Positions 51,015-63,910 of a stretch of 64,000 bases of DNA are shown here, one piece after another (the stretch's first letter is position 1; each line of letters opens with the position of its first letter). The position numbers were made by a program, and so were the translations under genes. The DNA comes from Octopus sinensis (taxonomy: Eukaryota), in NCBI RefSeq assembly GCF_006345805.1, contig NC_043000.1, positions 148,242,001 to 148,306,000 of the forward strand. The letters run 5' to 3'. The notes below the pieces were generated by a model. It had not been told where the DNA came from. It saw only the letters and a program-made list of their open reading frames with translations, and searched no databases.

Positions 51015-51774
51015 TATATATATATATTACACACAAATACATATACATATATATATCATCTTGTCAACAAACAACAATCCATATCTGTTGAACTTGGAAA
51101 GCATGTTGTGATAAAACATATATAAAAAAAAAGACTCCATTTGTTTTTTTAAAGTTATGCTGCATTGACGGAGTTTATGAAGCATCAAAACAATACTGAA
51201 ATTACATATAGGTTGGTTTAGTTTTTGATTTGATTGACAAATCCAATGATAAATTAAATATACTTTTAGAAGATGGTAGGGTGTGAGAAAGAGTCACGAA
51301 GGTGTTTGAAGGTTTGTTCATTTGTTTTCACATCCCTTTTTCCATATCAGTGTGGATTAGACGATTATACCGAGGCATTATTTTACATCCAGATACCCTT
51401 CCTCTAAGGGAGCTCTTATTTTACATGTCTTTGAAGGTGCAAAGCATGTGGGTGAAACACCACTCTCAGCAAATAAATTCCACAGAGCTCAAATGGAAAC
51501 ATGCATAAGCTTCTTTCAGTTGCCTAAGGTGTCACACAGTGGGAATGATCCTGAGACTCCATGGTTGAGAAGTAAACTTCTTAACCATTTAGCTACGCCT
51601 GTACATGTACACCAAGTATGACTTGGGGAAAACTAATTAGATGAGGAGATGACAAAATGTTGATTCAGTGTTAAGAGAAAGAGAGAGAGAGAGAGAGAGA
51701 ATGCCAGATCAATTTAAACCATGGTAGTACGAATATGGAGACAAAATGAAAACGAAGCTGATGATGAAAATAAT

Positions 51775-52251
51775 GGTAGCGGTGGTGGTGGTGATGGTAG
51801 CGGTGGTGGTGATGATGGTAGCGGTGGTGGTGGTGGTGATGATGGTAGCGGTGGTGGTGGTGATGAGGGTAGCAGTGGTGGTGGTGGTGAGGGTAGCAGT
51901 GGTGGTAGTGGTGAGGGTAGCAGTGGTGGTGGTGGTAGCAGTGGTGGTGGTGATGATGGTGGTGGTGGTGGTGATGATGGTAGCGGTGGTGGTGGTGGTG
52001 GTGATGATGGTAGCGGTGGTGGTGGTGGTGATGATGATGGTAGCGGTAGCGGTGGTGGTGATGATGGTAGCAGTGGTGGTGATGATGGTGGTAGCGGTGG
52101 TGGTGGTGATGATGATGGTGGTGGTGGTAGTGGTGGTGGTGGTTATGATGGTAGCGGTGGTGGTGGTGGTGGTGATGATGATGGTAGTGGTGGTGGTGGT
52201 GGTGATGATGATGATGGTAGCGGTGATGATGGTAGCGGTGGTGGTGGTGGT
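51775..52251. repeat. Compound (GGT/GAT/AGC)n trinucleotide array with recurring DDGSGGGG-coding unit
   Basis: Direct reading; open in the + Gly, + Val and - His frames. Confidence 0.9.
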
Positions 52252-52622
52252 GAGAAAGAGGAGCAGGATATTTATTACTATTACTCATGGGATTAAATAA
52301 TTGCCAAGACAAATCAAGCTCTGTAATTGCATCAATCAACCTCACGGTAACATAATGTAAACAGTGGCATCTGAGGAAACTATTGATATGCGTCAATAAT
52401 TAGAGAGAACGAGCAGCAGCGCTTGGTTTGCCTGGGTTTATTAATGTCTAAAATAAATCCTAAAAATAAAATAACTACTTTAACAATCACATGAATTCCC
52501 TATATTTTGCATAAATTACTCGGAAAAAAAAAAAAGAAAAAATCAAAAATACTGGCAATTTTCATCTTCCAGAATGATGATTCATTCCAAATTGTTTTAT
52601 CCATGCAGGTGTGGCTGCATGG

Positions 52623-53022
52623 TTACTCTTTACTCTTTTACTTGTTTCAGTCATTTGACTGCGGCCATGCTGGAGCACCGCCTTTAGTCGAGGAAATCGA
52701 CCCCGGGACTTATTCTTTTTGTAAGCCCAGTACTTATTCTATCGGTCTCTTTTGCCGAACCGCTAAGTGACGGGGACGTAAACACACCAGCATCGGTTGT
52801 CAAGCAATGCTAGGGAGACAAACACAGACACACAAACACACACACACATATATATATATGACAGGCTTCTTTCAGTTTCCGTCTACCAAATCCACTCACA
52901 AGGCATTGGTCGGCCTGGGGCTATAGTAGAAGACACTTGCCCAAGGTGCCACGCAGTGGGACTGAACCCGGAACCATGTGGTTGGTAAGCAAGCTACTTA
53001 CCACACAGCCACTCCTGCGCCT
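52623..53022 (-). mobile_element. SINE family B, full length
   Basis: Family motifs. Confidence 0.9.
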
Positions 53023-53039
53023 ATCTAGATTACATTTAC

Positions 53040-53365
53040 AGGTTCAGTCTCACTGCATAGCACCCTGGGCAAATGTTTTCTACTATAAGCCCCAGGCCAA
53101 CAAAAGCCATTGGTGGCTGAAACCTGAAAGAAACCTATTGCATGTGTGTCTTTCTGTCTCTCTTGTCTTGACATCATGTAATAGTTGTAAATAGTTGTCA
53201 CGGTCATAAAAGCAGTGTCATTCATATCCAATATTTTGCATGAGGAATTACCTTGCTTAGAAACGGTGAGAGTTGGAAAAAAGAAGGATGTCTAGCTGAA
53301 GAAAATGTGCCTCAATTAACTCCATCTGACCCATGCAAACGTGGACATTCAAATGGTGATGTGGT
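53040..53365 (+). mobile_element. SINE variant B'
   Basis: CCCTGGGCAAATGTTTTCTACTATA head, CCTTGCTTAGAAAC and CTGACCCATGCAA tail. Confidence 0.55.
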
Positions 53366-54888
53366 AATTAAAAAAAACTGGTTCAAGTTGAATTCATAAA
53401 ATTGCGCAAAACTAAATAACAAAATGAACTAATATAGAATCTAAATATAATTTTGCTTTTACACTCATCATCATCATCACCAGTTAACGTCCATTGTCCC
53501 ATGCTGGCATGGACTGGACATGGACACTTTTGCAGTATCCAACAGGCACGAGAACTATATCATGTTCCACTTCTACATTTGCATGGATGCACTTCCCATC
53601 TGCTTTACAGAATGTACTGGGTACTTTTTTCCAAGGCACCAGCATTGGTGAGATTGCTATGCAGCTTGCAAGACTACAAGAGAGCAGTGGCTTCATGCTA
53701 AAAGATGAGGTGGGATTAAAGTATGGTAGAAATGGCCAGAACAGAATAAGTTTCTTGGTGTAGGGTGGCTACATGCTTACTCACATTTTGGAAGAGAAGG
53801 TGTGAGATGATTGCGGTGGAGCAGGGAAGAGAGAAAAATAGTAGTGATGAGGTGTTTGTATGGGGGCCCTCAAGTGTGGGGGGTTGGAGGTTGCAAGAGA
53901 GCATGGACAAGAGATGGGGAATAGTTGAGGGGGGTAAATATAAAAAAATGAAGAACAAGTTTTGAGGGATGCTAAGTAGGAAAAGTAAGGAAGAGTAGGT
54001 GACAACTGTAGAAGAGATCAGATAGGGTCGAGGGGTGAATGTAATGTATGGTGGATAACGTGTGAGGAGGTGATGATGCACAGAGATGAAGAGTAGCAAA
54101 ATAATAATGATGATACAGTTAACAAAGGGAGGAGGGAATGGGAAGGGGGAGAGAGGGGGCATGATGATAGAGGGAGATGTATTTTTTTTATATTTTCAGG
54201 AAAAACTAGATAAGTTTTTTTCCTTCTTATTTTTGGCTTCAAAATTCTGTATTAATTTACATAATGAATTTGTTTCTAGTCAGTAATTTGTGCTTGGAGA
54301 CATGCAATATATTTTTCTAGTTTTTCTAAAAATACAGAAAGTATAAATAAAAGGCACATAGCATGTGAACTGCTCAAAATGATGTTCCCTTATGCAAAAT
54401 TTCAGTTAGCAACTGCGGCCTATAACTTGGAACATACATACAATCAGTTTTTGTATTAGGATAAACAGTTTAAAACTGGAATAAATTGATTTGCAATGCA
54501 AAGAAGGAAAGTCTAACATTTTAAGGGGTACATTTTCCTCACTTTTTATCTTTTAATCAGGAGGGAAGTCAGTACCCGTGAGCCTTTACAGGGCTTTTGA
54601 GACTGGTAGGAGAGAGGGAGAGAGAGGAAGGAAGATATTATCAAGATGGGGACCTGGCCTAAATGCTTGCAACAGAGTGGACTCAGCTAAAGGTACCCTA
54701 GGTACAAAGTGGTGGTGGTGGTGGTACAACTATGCAATGAATCATGTTTACCATCCAGATAGGCCATAAAAGCATTTGAACACAGAATGTAAAGAGCTGG
54801 AACAAATACTGGAACAAATTCTTGTAGTTCTGCCAGTCTATTGCTCTGGATTGGTAGTTCTTTTATCAACTCAGACATGATGAAAGAG

Positions 54889-55281
54889 AGGCGCAGGAGT
54901 GGCTGTGTGGTAAGTAGCTTGCTTACCAACCACATGGTTCCGGGTTCAGTTCCACTGCGTGGTACCTTGGGTAAGTGTCTTCTACTATAGCCTCGGGCCG
55001 AGCAAAGCCTTGTGAGTGGATTTGGTAGACGGAAACTGAAAGAAGCCTGTCGTATATATGTATATGTGTGTGTGTGTTTGTGTGTCTGTGTTTGTCCCTG
55101 CCAACATCGCTTGACAACCGATGCTGGTGTGTTTATGTCCCTGTAACTTAGTGGTTCGGCAAAAGAGACCAATAGAATAAGTACTAGGCTTACAAAGAAT
55201 AAGTCTTGAGATTGATTTCCTCAACTAAAAGCGGTGCTCCAGCATGGCCGCAGTCAAATGACTGAAACAAGTAAAAGAGTA
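54889..55281 (+). mobile_element. SINE family B, full length
   Basis: Family motifs. Confidence 0.9.
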
Positions 55282-56051
55282 TAACAGGATTTGAACCCAG
55301 AGTGCCAGATGTTAGACCAAATACCAAATTGCAGTCTATCTAACACTTTCATGTATGCCAACTCACCATGAGGCTAAGCTTTAAATTTAATATTTATATA
55401 CATATGTTAGGAGTTTTAACTAAAAACAAATTTAAGCAGAAAATCCAATCAATAAAGAAGAAAGTATATATTTAAGTTCAAGTTGTTATTATTTGAGGTT
55501 ATTTATAATAAAAATATATAACAGGAATGAGTTCAAGAGAATGGACTGAATTGATTTTTTTCCCCCCTTATAACTGAACAAGTAAGGGAAGCAGAGGCAG
55601 ATGATCAATTGTGTGTGACAGTGATGTGAAATCAATCACAGCATGACAACAGCTGCAGTTGAAAGTGCACAGTTACAACAAACAAAGTTAGAATGAAAGT
55701 AAGCAATAAATAGATAAAAAAAAAACTTTGATGTATTTTTTTGCTTGCTTTTTAAGTGAAGTTTAAAGCTCACATAGAATGAAAATAAAAGATTTAGCAG
55801 ATAAATGGTAAAATATGAGATAAAAGGACTAATGAGTGAGAACAGCCATAGCATAAGAAAAGAAAATAACCCTTTGAAAATATTATTGAATGAACATTTT
55901 CCAATTAAAATTTTTTGTTTTTAGTCTAGATTTTAATTTCATGGTATGAATAAACCATTTGTGATCTAGCTTAGAGGGTCTTAACTTAGGCTGTAGGACC
56001 CTGCCCTCAAATGTAAAGAGAGAGGGGTGTTTACAGGGGGTAAGGATTTTT

Positions 56052-56476
56052 CTTCTGGCCATATCGGACCCAAATATTCTACCTGTTTTAGGTTCAAACT
56101 GGGTAGATCCAGCCTCTCACATCTACCCTGTAATGTCATTCTAGAAATACACAATCCGATGCCGGACCCCCCCTGGCACCTGTGCAGGTGGCACGTAAAA
56201 AGCACCCACTACACTCGAGGAGTGGTTGGCGTTAGGAAGGGCATCCAGCCGTAGAAACACTGCCAGATCAGACTGGAGCCTGGAGCAGCCCCTGGCTTCC
56301 CAGACCCCGGTCGAACCGTCCAGCCCGTGCTAGCGCGGAAAACGGACGTTAAACGATGATGATGATGATGATGACATCATTGACATCTTGATGTTACGAG
56401 ATAATGCAGGATTAATTCAAAACAATATGAATAAATAAGCATTGCATTTGACAGAGTAATCTGAATGCTAAAGGGC
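56052..56476. mobile_element. MITE family E interrupted by an RTE tail (56156-56374)
   Basis: Colinear with 16469-16688 on both sides of the RTE insert. Confidence 0.75.
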
Positions 56477-56514
56477 CAAACAAGTTACATTTATATTTTA
56501 AACATATAAATGTA

Positions 56515-56686
56515 AGGTGCAGGAGTGGCTGTGTGGTAAGTAGCTTGCTTACCAGCCACATGGTTCCGGGTTCAGTCCCACTGCGTGGAATCTTGGGCAA
56601 GTGTCTTCTACTATAGCCCCGGGCCGACCAATGCCTTGTGAGTGGATTTGGTAGACGGAAACTGAAAGAAGCCTGTCGTATATATG

Positions 56687-56719
<33 letters not shown>

Positions 56720-56940
56720 TTGTGTGTCTGTGTTTGTCCCCCTAGCATTGCTTGACAACCGATGCTGGTGTGTTTACGTCCCCGTCACTTAGCGGTTCGG
56801 TAAAAGAGACCGATAGGATAAGTACTGGGCTTACAAAAGAATAAGTCCCGGGGTCGATTTGCTCGACTAAAGGCAGTGCTCCAGCATGGCTGCAGTCAAA
56901 TGACTGAAACAAGTAAAAGAGTAAAAGAGAGTAAAGAGTA
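56515..56940 (+). mobile_element. SINE family B, full length
   Basis: Family motifs; tail (TAAAAGAG)n. Confidence 0.9.
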
Positions 56941-57302
56941 TATTTTCAAAATAAATTATTTTTGAAATTAGAATGTGTACACTATTGTGATATGAGTAGA
57001 AAACATAATTGAATTTGTGCCACTATATAAATTCTTGCCTTATTTTGTAATTTAAGAAAAAAAGAAAATGACCTGGAGAGCACTAGTTCATCTTTTAATG
57101 TTTGCTTGTTCATGTCGCTGGACTGTGGCCATGCTGGAGCAGTACTTTGAAGGATTTAGTTGAATCAATTGCCCCTTGTACTTACTTTTTTTTAAAGTCT
57201 AGTATTTATTCTATCAATATTTCCTACCAAACTGCTTACTTATGGGGACATAACCAAACCAACACCAGTTGTGAAATGGTGAGGTTGGGAAACAGAGACA
57301 CA

Positions 57303-57370
<68 letters not shown>

Positions 57371-57563
57371 TCTTAGGAGGATCAAGATTTGTTTCAGACA
57401 TTTCATATCAAGAATCTTGCAAACCAAATAAAAAATGTGTACACACACACACACACAATATATATATATATTGTAAAGCAGAAGGGAAGTGCATCCATGC
57501 AAATGTAGAAGTGGAACATGATATAGTTCTCGTGCCTGTTGGATACTGCAAAAGTGTCCATGT

Positions 57564-57852
57564 AAGCGTATGACTAGCCATGTTTTACGTGTTTACTATG
57601 AAATTTTAATCTTATTTTATATAATTATAACACAGTAATTTCCTTTTATATAACGGTATTTTTTCATAGCGTTTTTTCAGATGGCCAGATAACCGAAGAG
57701 ATGGTGTTGTGGATTTCCACTTCGGCATCTGAAACTCAGAGTTTTATCTTGACTATTGAGTAATTGTAACATATTATTTTATAGATAAATTTCCTCTATT
57801 TACATAATATTGAGGTCTCTTTCTTTCTTTTGTTATCTTACTGTTTTTACCA
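57564..57852 (+). mobile_element. Probable Penelope-type terminal fragment with a variant hammerhead (57687-57749)
   Basis: AGATAA-CCGAAGA-GATG...CATC-T-GAAA-CTCAGAG-TT-TTATCT; ends in (AT)n like the 21555-21961 element. Confidence 0.45.
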
Positions 57853-57883
<31 letters not shown>

Positions 57884-58659
57884 TATATAAGGGGGTATCC
57901 TGGTTGAGAGACTATATGAAAGCAGGTTATGAGATAGAAAAGGTTAGCAATTACTGGCCTACCTAAAGCTGCGAAATAAATAAAAATATAGAAAATAAAA
58001 AATCCCTTTTTCTGATGTGTTGTTACTCAAAGCAATATTTAGCCATTATTTGTGCAGCAATGCTACAAACTATGCAGTATGTGTTTGGAACACTAATTAG
58101 ATTGGTATTAAGTTAACAAACAGTCTTCTGAATTTATACTTTATCCAATGTTTTCTATGATCTGTTTTATTGCAAAGAAACTACTTTCAGAATCATATCC
58201 CATTCTGTCTGTAGCATTCGTTTCCAATAAACAAACTATTTTGATTGCAGTTTAATGAATGAATAATAATGGAAATCATTATCTAGAAATTCAACAACAA
58301 ACACTACTGCTGCTGCTGCTGCTATTATAGATACTGAGCTTTCGATTTTTATACATTGGTAAAGTCTGTTTTGAATTGCTATCAAACAGAACAGCCTCGT
58401 TATTTTCTCCGTCCTCGTTCCCCACACCTTCAATGCAATATCTTTGTTACACGAAAACATAAGCTGAACTCATTATCTGTTTGATAACTTTCAGGTAGAT
58501 GTCATGAGATCAACTTCGCCGAAAACAAAATTCTGAATAATTTCTGGTATTATATTAAACTTTGGCAAGATGTCATAACAGAAATCTGTGATTTAGCAGT
58601 TTTTATGATAAACTTCTACAGCACGGTAGTTTCCTTCTTTTTATTTACAGTATAATCAT

Positions 58660-58970
58660 AGAGCATCGAGCTTACAATCATGAGGTTGTGAGTTCGAATC
58701 CCGGACCGTGCTGTGTGTTGTGTTCTTGAGCAAGACACTTTATTTCACGTAGCTCCAGTTTACTCAGCTGTAGAAATGAGTTGCGACGTCACAGGTGCCA
58801 AGCTGTATCGGTCCCTTTGCCTTTCCCTTGGATAACATCAGTGATGTAGAGAGGGGAAACTGGTATGCATGGGCGACTGCTGGTCTTCCATAAAGAACCT
58901 TGCCCAGACTTGTGCCTTGGAGGGTAACTTTCTAGGTGCAAGCCCATGGTCATTCATGATCGAAGGGGGT
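58660..58970 (+). mobile_element. tRNA-headed SINE family G
   Basis: B box GAGTTCGAATCCC; core TTCTTGAGCAAGACACTT...TCAGCTGTAGAAATG; (ACA)n end. Confidence 0.7.
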
Positions 58971-59174
58971 CACAACAACAACAACAACAACACAACAATC
59001 ATAAAAAGAAGGGTTGCATTCACAACTTTTTGCCAGGGGTCCCATGATGGTGGGAAGATGTATGCTATTCTCATATAGTATTCCTGATCTCAATACTTAC
59101 AATAGAGCATACTAAAGGCATTAGGTGGTGGTGTTAAACTGAGCAATGGATTAAATCTACTACTCACGGCTCAC

Positions 59175-59235
59175 CAGTGAAGTGATATGTATCTGGAGAT
59201 GTTTCCAGTCATCTCTAGACACAGTCACTTCACTG
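59175..59235 (+). ncRNA. 61-nt hairpin, pre-miRNA-like (unverified)
   Basis: CAGTGAAGTGAT/GTCACTTCACTG and TCTGGAGATG/CATCTCTAGA stems; 8-nt loop. Confidence 0.3.
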
Positions 59236-60140
59236 TATCTGATAGGGTTTGAATTTGTAGATTTTACTTTGAAGCTTGATTACTTTAAGTTTCCCATGAA
59301 AATAAAAGTAATTTTTCTGAAGTAGCAGTCATCTGGTAGTTCACATCAGGAGAGTCACTCTCTTAACAGATGAGTAAACATGGTGTGTGAATGGAGTGTT
59401 CTACTCCAAACTATACAACATATGTGATGTCATCTAAAACCTCACTTGTTGTCAAAAGCCTCAGAGAAGAGTAAGAGTTTGCTTAGGGTAATTGGGAAAT
59501 AAATAAAAGTAAAATAAAAAAAAAATTTAAAAACCCAAATTTTGTCTAGTTCCAGATCAGCCCTGATCAAATAGACCTATGATAAAAAGGCACTCCAGAC
59601 AAGACCATCCTATCTTTTTGTTTTTGGAGAGTCCATCTAAGTTCTCATTATCTACTGTATTATTTTTAAAGCAACAGAGTATAATTTGAGGGAGAACAGC
59701 TATTTTTAGCAGAGTAGGAGATCATGTAGGCTCAATAACTAAATAAATTTGAGATTTATAATACAAGAGACTCCAACTAAACAATATGATTGATTGTTCA
59801 ATATCTTCAGTATTTGTATTGATTAAGAACATTGTTTAGATAGGACATTAATCATTAACTCTTTAGATACCATATTTCTAATTACTTATGACTTTCAATT
59901 AACTTTGAAAATAATTAAGAATTTGAAAGTATTTAATAAATAAAAAGTTTTTCATTAACTGGTATTTTAAGATGATAGGTGCAGACATGACTGTGGTAAA
60001 GAAGTTCATTTCCGGGATACATGGTTTCGGGTTCGGTTACAATGTGAGGTCTTGGCCAGTATCATTCTACTTTAGCTCCATGCCGACAAAATCTTTGTAA
60101 GTGGATTTGATAGATGGAAATTGAAAGAAACCCATCATAT

Positions 60141-60524
60141 GGGCGCAGGAGTGGCTCACATGGTTCCGGGTTCAGTCCCACTGTGTGGCATCTTGGGCAA
60201 GTGTCTTCTGCTATAGCCTCGGGCTGACCAATGCCTTGTGAGTGGATTTGGTAGACGGAAACTGAAGGAAGCCTGCCGTATATATGTATATATATATATA
60301 TATGTATGTGTGTGTATGTGATTGTGTGTCTGTGTTTGTCTCCCTAGCATTGCTTGACAACCGATGCTGGTGTGTTTATGTCCACGTCAGTTAGCGGTTT
60401 GGCAAAAGAGACCGATAGAATAAGTACTAGGCTTACAAAGAATAAGTCCCGGGGTTGATTTGCTTGACTAAAGGCAGTGCTCCAGCATGGCCGCAGTCAA
60501 ATGACTGAAACAAGTAAAAGAGTA
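60141..60524 (+). mobile_element. SINE family B with head deletion, nested in an older B-type copy
   Basis: GTGGCT|CACATGG deletion junction; older head at about 59975-60140. Confidence 0.85.
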
Positions 60525-60654
60525 TATGTAAGTGTGTTTTAGTGAGTGTGCACACGTTTGAGCATGTGTATTTGTGCATGTGTGTGTGTGTTTACAGGTT
60601 TCCTTGTCTTGAGATTGCATACTGGTTGTAAATGAATGACACCATTGTATAAAT

Positions 60655-61160
60655 CAGGGGTGGGGAAACTTCTGCCCACAGGCGCAATTGCGTCTGTGAA
60701 CCCATTTTATTGTGCCTGCAGGCTGGTATACTCATATGTGCAAAATATAGTAAATTTTTCAATCATAAAATTTATACAATATTCGTATGCCTATTTTGCA
60801 ACTTAGGTCGCAGTTCCACTACAACTTAAAATGGTCAGAGTTGAGTAGAAATCATCCATTAATTGCCATTTGAATGGAAATTTTGTTTTCACTACGAAAC
60901 ACATATTGCTAGGGTTGTACTACCCCCTTGAGACCCAACTACACTGTTGCTGAAAAATATAGAATATTTCATAAGTAAAATAAACGTCCTAAATTGAGTG
61001 GTGGTGTTAATGAAGATGTAACATGTTAATTTAATGTGATAAACTTATCTTTATTAATGTATATCAAATTATACATATATACAAAAGTTAGAACTTGTGA
61101 TCTGCTCATGGACCTTTTTCTTAGGAAATTTTTGCCTGATCATCCAGGCTGAAAAACACT
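60655..61160. mobile_element. Possible hAT-type non-autonomous element
   Basis: Starts CAGGGGTGGGGAAAC, a hAT-like terminus; no matching right TIR found. Confidence 0.35.
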
Positions 61161-61242
61161 TGAAGTTTACTCTCAGTATTGAATAAACATCCTCAGAAAA
61201 TTTTTCTATTGTTATTCATAAACAAGCATTAAAATAGTTACA

Positions 61243-61539
61243 TCATCATCATTTAACGTCCGCTTTCCATGCTGGCATGGGTTGGACGGTTCAACTGGGG
61301 TCTGGGAAGCCAGAAGGCTGCACCAGGCCCAGTCTGATCTGGCAGATGGATGCCCTTCCTAACGCCAACAGATGGATGCCCTTCCTAACGCCAACCACTT
61401 TGTGAGTGTAGTGGGTGCTTTTTACGTGCCACCTGCACAGGTGCCAGATGAGGCTGGCAAACGGCCACGATCAGATGGTGCTTTTTATGTGCCACCGGCA
61501 CGGGGACCAGACGAAGCTGGCAACGGCCACAGTCGGATG
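61243..61539 (-). mobile_element. RTE tail copy with an internal 26-bp tandem duplication
   Basis: CAGATGGATGCCCTTCCTAACGCCAA twice, at 61343-61394. Confidence 0.9.
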
Positions 61540-62927
61540 ATTAATGTATAACAATGGTTAAGAGGTTTGCTTCTCAAACACATGGTTTTGAGTTCTGTCC
61601 CACTGAATGGCACTTTGGGTAAGTGGATATGGTAGATGGAAACTGAAAGAAGCCCAACTTTCACATAAATTTGTGTGTTTATGTACATGCTTTTCTAATT
61701 TTCTTGACACTGGCATTATGGTTGCGAATTAGCATTGTGTCTAACTTGCAATCTTCCATGACAACATGTGTGGAGATATTACCTTGTTTGGGAAGGAGTG
61801 AGGGTTTGTGACAGGAGAGGCATCTGGTCATAGAACAGCTGCTTCAACAAATTCAAATCCATCTGGCTCATGATATATTTGGGAAAGTGGCAGTTATATA
61901 TCATCACGATCATCAGTTAATGTCTATGTTCCATGTTGGCATCAGTTGGATGGTTTGAGAAGGGTCCTATGTGTCTAAGGACTGCATCATACTGCAGTGT
62001 CTGCTTTGGTATGGTTTCTGCAGTTGGATGCCCTACCTCTCACAAACCACTTTACAGTGCTTTTTTTTGTGACATCAGCACTCCTGAGATCACCATGTAG
62101 CTTGCAGGTCGACAAACTCAAACAGGAAGGATGCTGCGCCTTTAAGGGGTTAAGGAAGAAATTGAGGGAAAGCAGGTTCTTGTAGGGGCATTATATGGCT
62201 ACTCACGTTTAGGAGGAAAAGTGAGAATGAATTGATGGTATCTCAGGTGAGAGGATTAATAGTGTGTGGTGGGTTTGCAAGAATGTGAGGGGGATAATAG
62301 GGGAAATGAAAGAGAGGTAGGCAATATCTGTAAAGATTGGAAAGGTTAAAGGGAAGGGGTACACAAGTTGGGGAGGTAAGAGGACTATTAGCAACAGGGT
62401 AGTAATGATACTATTGACAGGAGGAGAAGAGAGATAACATGTTTGGATAGGCTACAAGAGCAGAAAAAAAGAGATAAACAGCATTGTGCATGAGAGATAA
62501 TTTTGTGGTTCAGGGATGGTGGGGATGGGATAGCCACTCTAACAGGTGAATGGAGGAAAATATTAATGGATGAATAATGGTGAACAAGTGAGGTGATTCT
62601 GGATAGTAAGAGAGAAAAGTGGTAGGGAAGGGCGAAAGAGCTGTAGTGGGGAAGCGAGGTGTGTATGTGTGTGTTTGAGAGGTGAGGGCAGAAGCAACAT
62701 GAAGAGGGTACTGATATGCTCTCACACATGTGTGTGTGTGCATATATGTATATATGTGTACACACACACACACCTCCAAAAGTCAGTTTCAACATGATGG
62801 GTGGGTTTTCATGAAGACCTTGCATTACCAGATATCCAAGTCCTTTGGACACTGAGCTTCACGGAGGAAATGACAGAGGCCAGCATTCACCACTTCCTCT
62901 CATATCTTCCTGGATTTTCCTCCTCCT

Positions 62928-63910
62928 CATCATCATCATTGTTTAACGTCCGTTCTCCATGCTAGCATGGGTTAGACGGTTCGACCGGGATCTGGGAAGC
63001 CAGAAGGCTGCACCAGGCTCCAGTCTGATCTGGCAGTGTTTCTACAGCTGGATGTCCTTCCTAACGCCAACCACTCCATGAGTGTAGTGGGTGCTTTTTA
63101 CGTGCCACTGGCACAGGTGCCAGGCGAGTCTGGCAATGGCCACAATCGGATTGGTGCTTTTTACGTGCCACCGGCACGGAAGCCAGTCAAGACATAACCA
63201 GCACTCCTTCATACAGCTATCCTTATCCATACACATCGTGTGTTCATGCCAGCACAGTCTTCATTCTTGCACAATATGTTTGATTCCTCTCATGCCCAGT
63301 CTTACTTTCAGTACATACTATGTTGTTCATGCACACTTACATTGCACATCATTGCCATACTAGGAAAATGGTATCTAATACTACAAAAAGGTGGCCAGCT
63401 GGCAGAAATGTTAGCACGCCGGGCAAAATGCTTAGCGGTATTTCGTCTGCCGTTACGTTCTGAGTTCAAATTCCGCCACAGTCGACTTTGCCTTTCATCC
63501 TTTCGGGGTCGATAAATTAAGTACCAGTTACGTACTGGGGTGATGTAATCGACTTAATACCTTTGTCTGTCCTTGTTTGTCCCCTCTATGTTTAGCCCCT
63601 TGTGTGTAATAAAGAAATAGGTATCTAATACTTCTTCCAGGCACAAATCAAATTGTATCTCATCTAGATCTATCCTCTCACAAATCAAATGTGCAATATC
63701 TCTTTGTAACCTTCATAACCTGATCCAATTATTTAATTCCTTTATAACTGCTTCTCTCTAAGATGTCACCTTTGCCTCTGTAGCGATTTACAATAACACT
63801 GCTCCACCAGTCATTAGGTATGACTCCTTGTATAACTTGATTTACTATCCAGTTGGTACTCCTGTATCCTAACTCACCAGATGTTTTGAGCATCTCCGCA
63901 ACCATCCCAG
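62928..63910 (-). mobile_element. Internally deleted RTE LINE: RT N-terminal part, ORF2 end and tail
   Basis: Minus MVAEMLKTSG...IPNDWWSSVIVNRYRGKGD...YKGIK*LDQVMK, then MCNVSVHE, MDKDSCMKE and the tail. Confidence 0.85.
63383..63619 (+). mobile_element. SINE family C with 13-bp TSD, inserted in the RTE
   Basis: GGTATCTAATACT at 63370-63382 and 63620-63632. Confidence 0.9.

Noticed and set aside
51671-52396. 241-aa His-rich ORF as a cephalopod beak histidine-rich protein
   Set aside because: Antisense of the GGT/GAT array; lacks Gly-His-Gly-type repeats and a signal peptide; runs into a (CT)n tract
53716-54250. Purine-skewed tract here and at 62190-62860 as Penelope remnants or genes
   Set aside because: Composition resembles the 14-15 kb relic, but no unambiguous motif could be read
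53610-57471. Staggered-break inversion between the 92-bp inverted copies
   Set aside because: The left copy keeps native repeat context on both sides, which fits copy-paste rather than inversion
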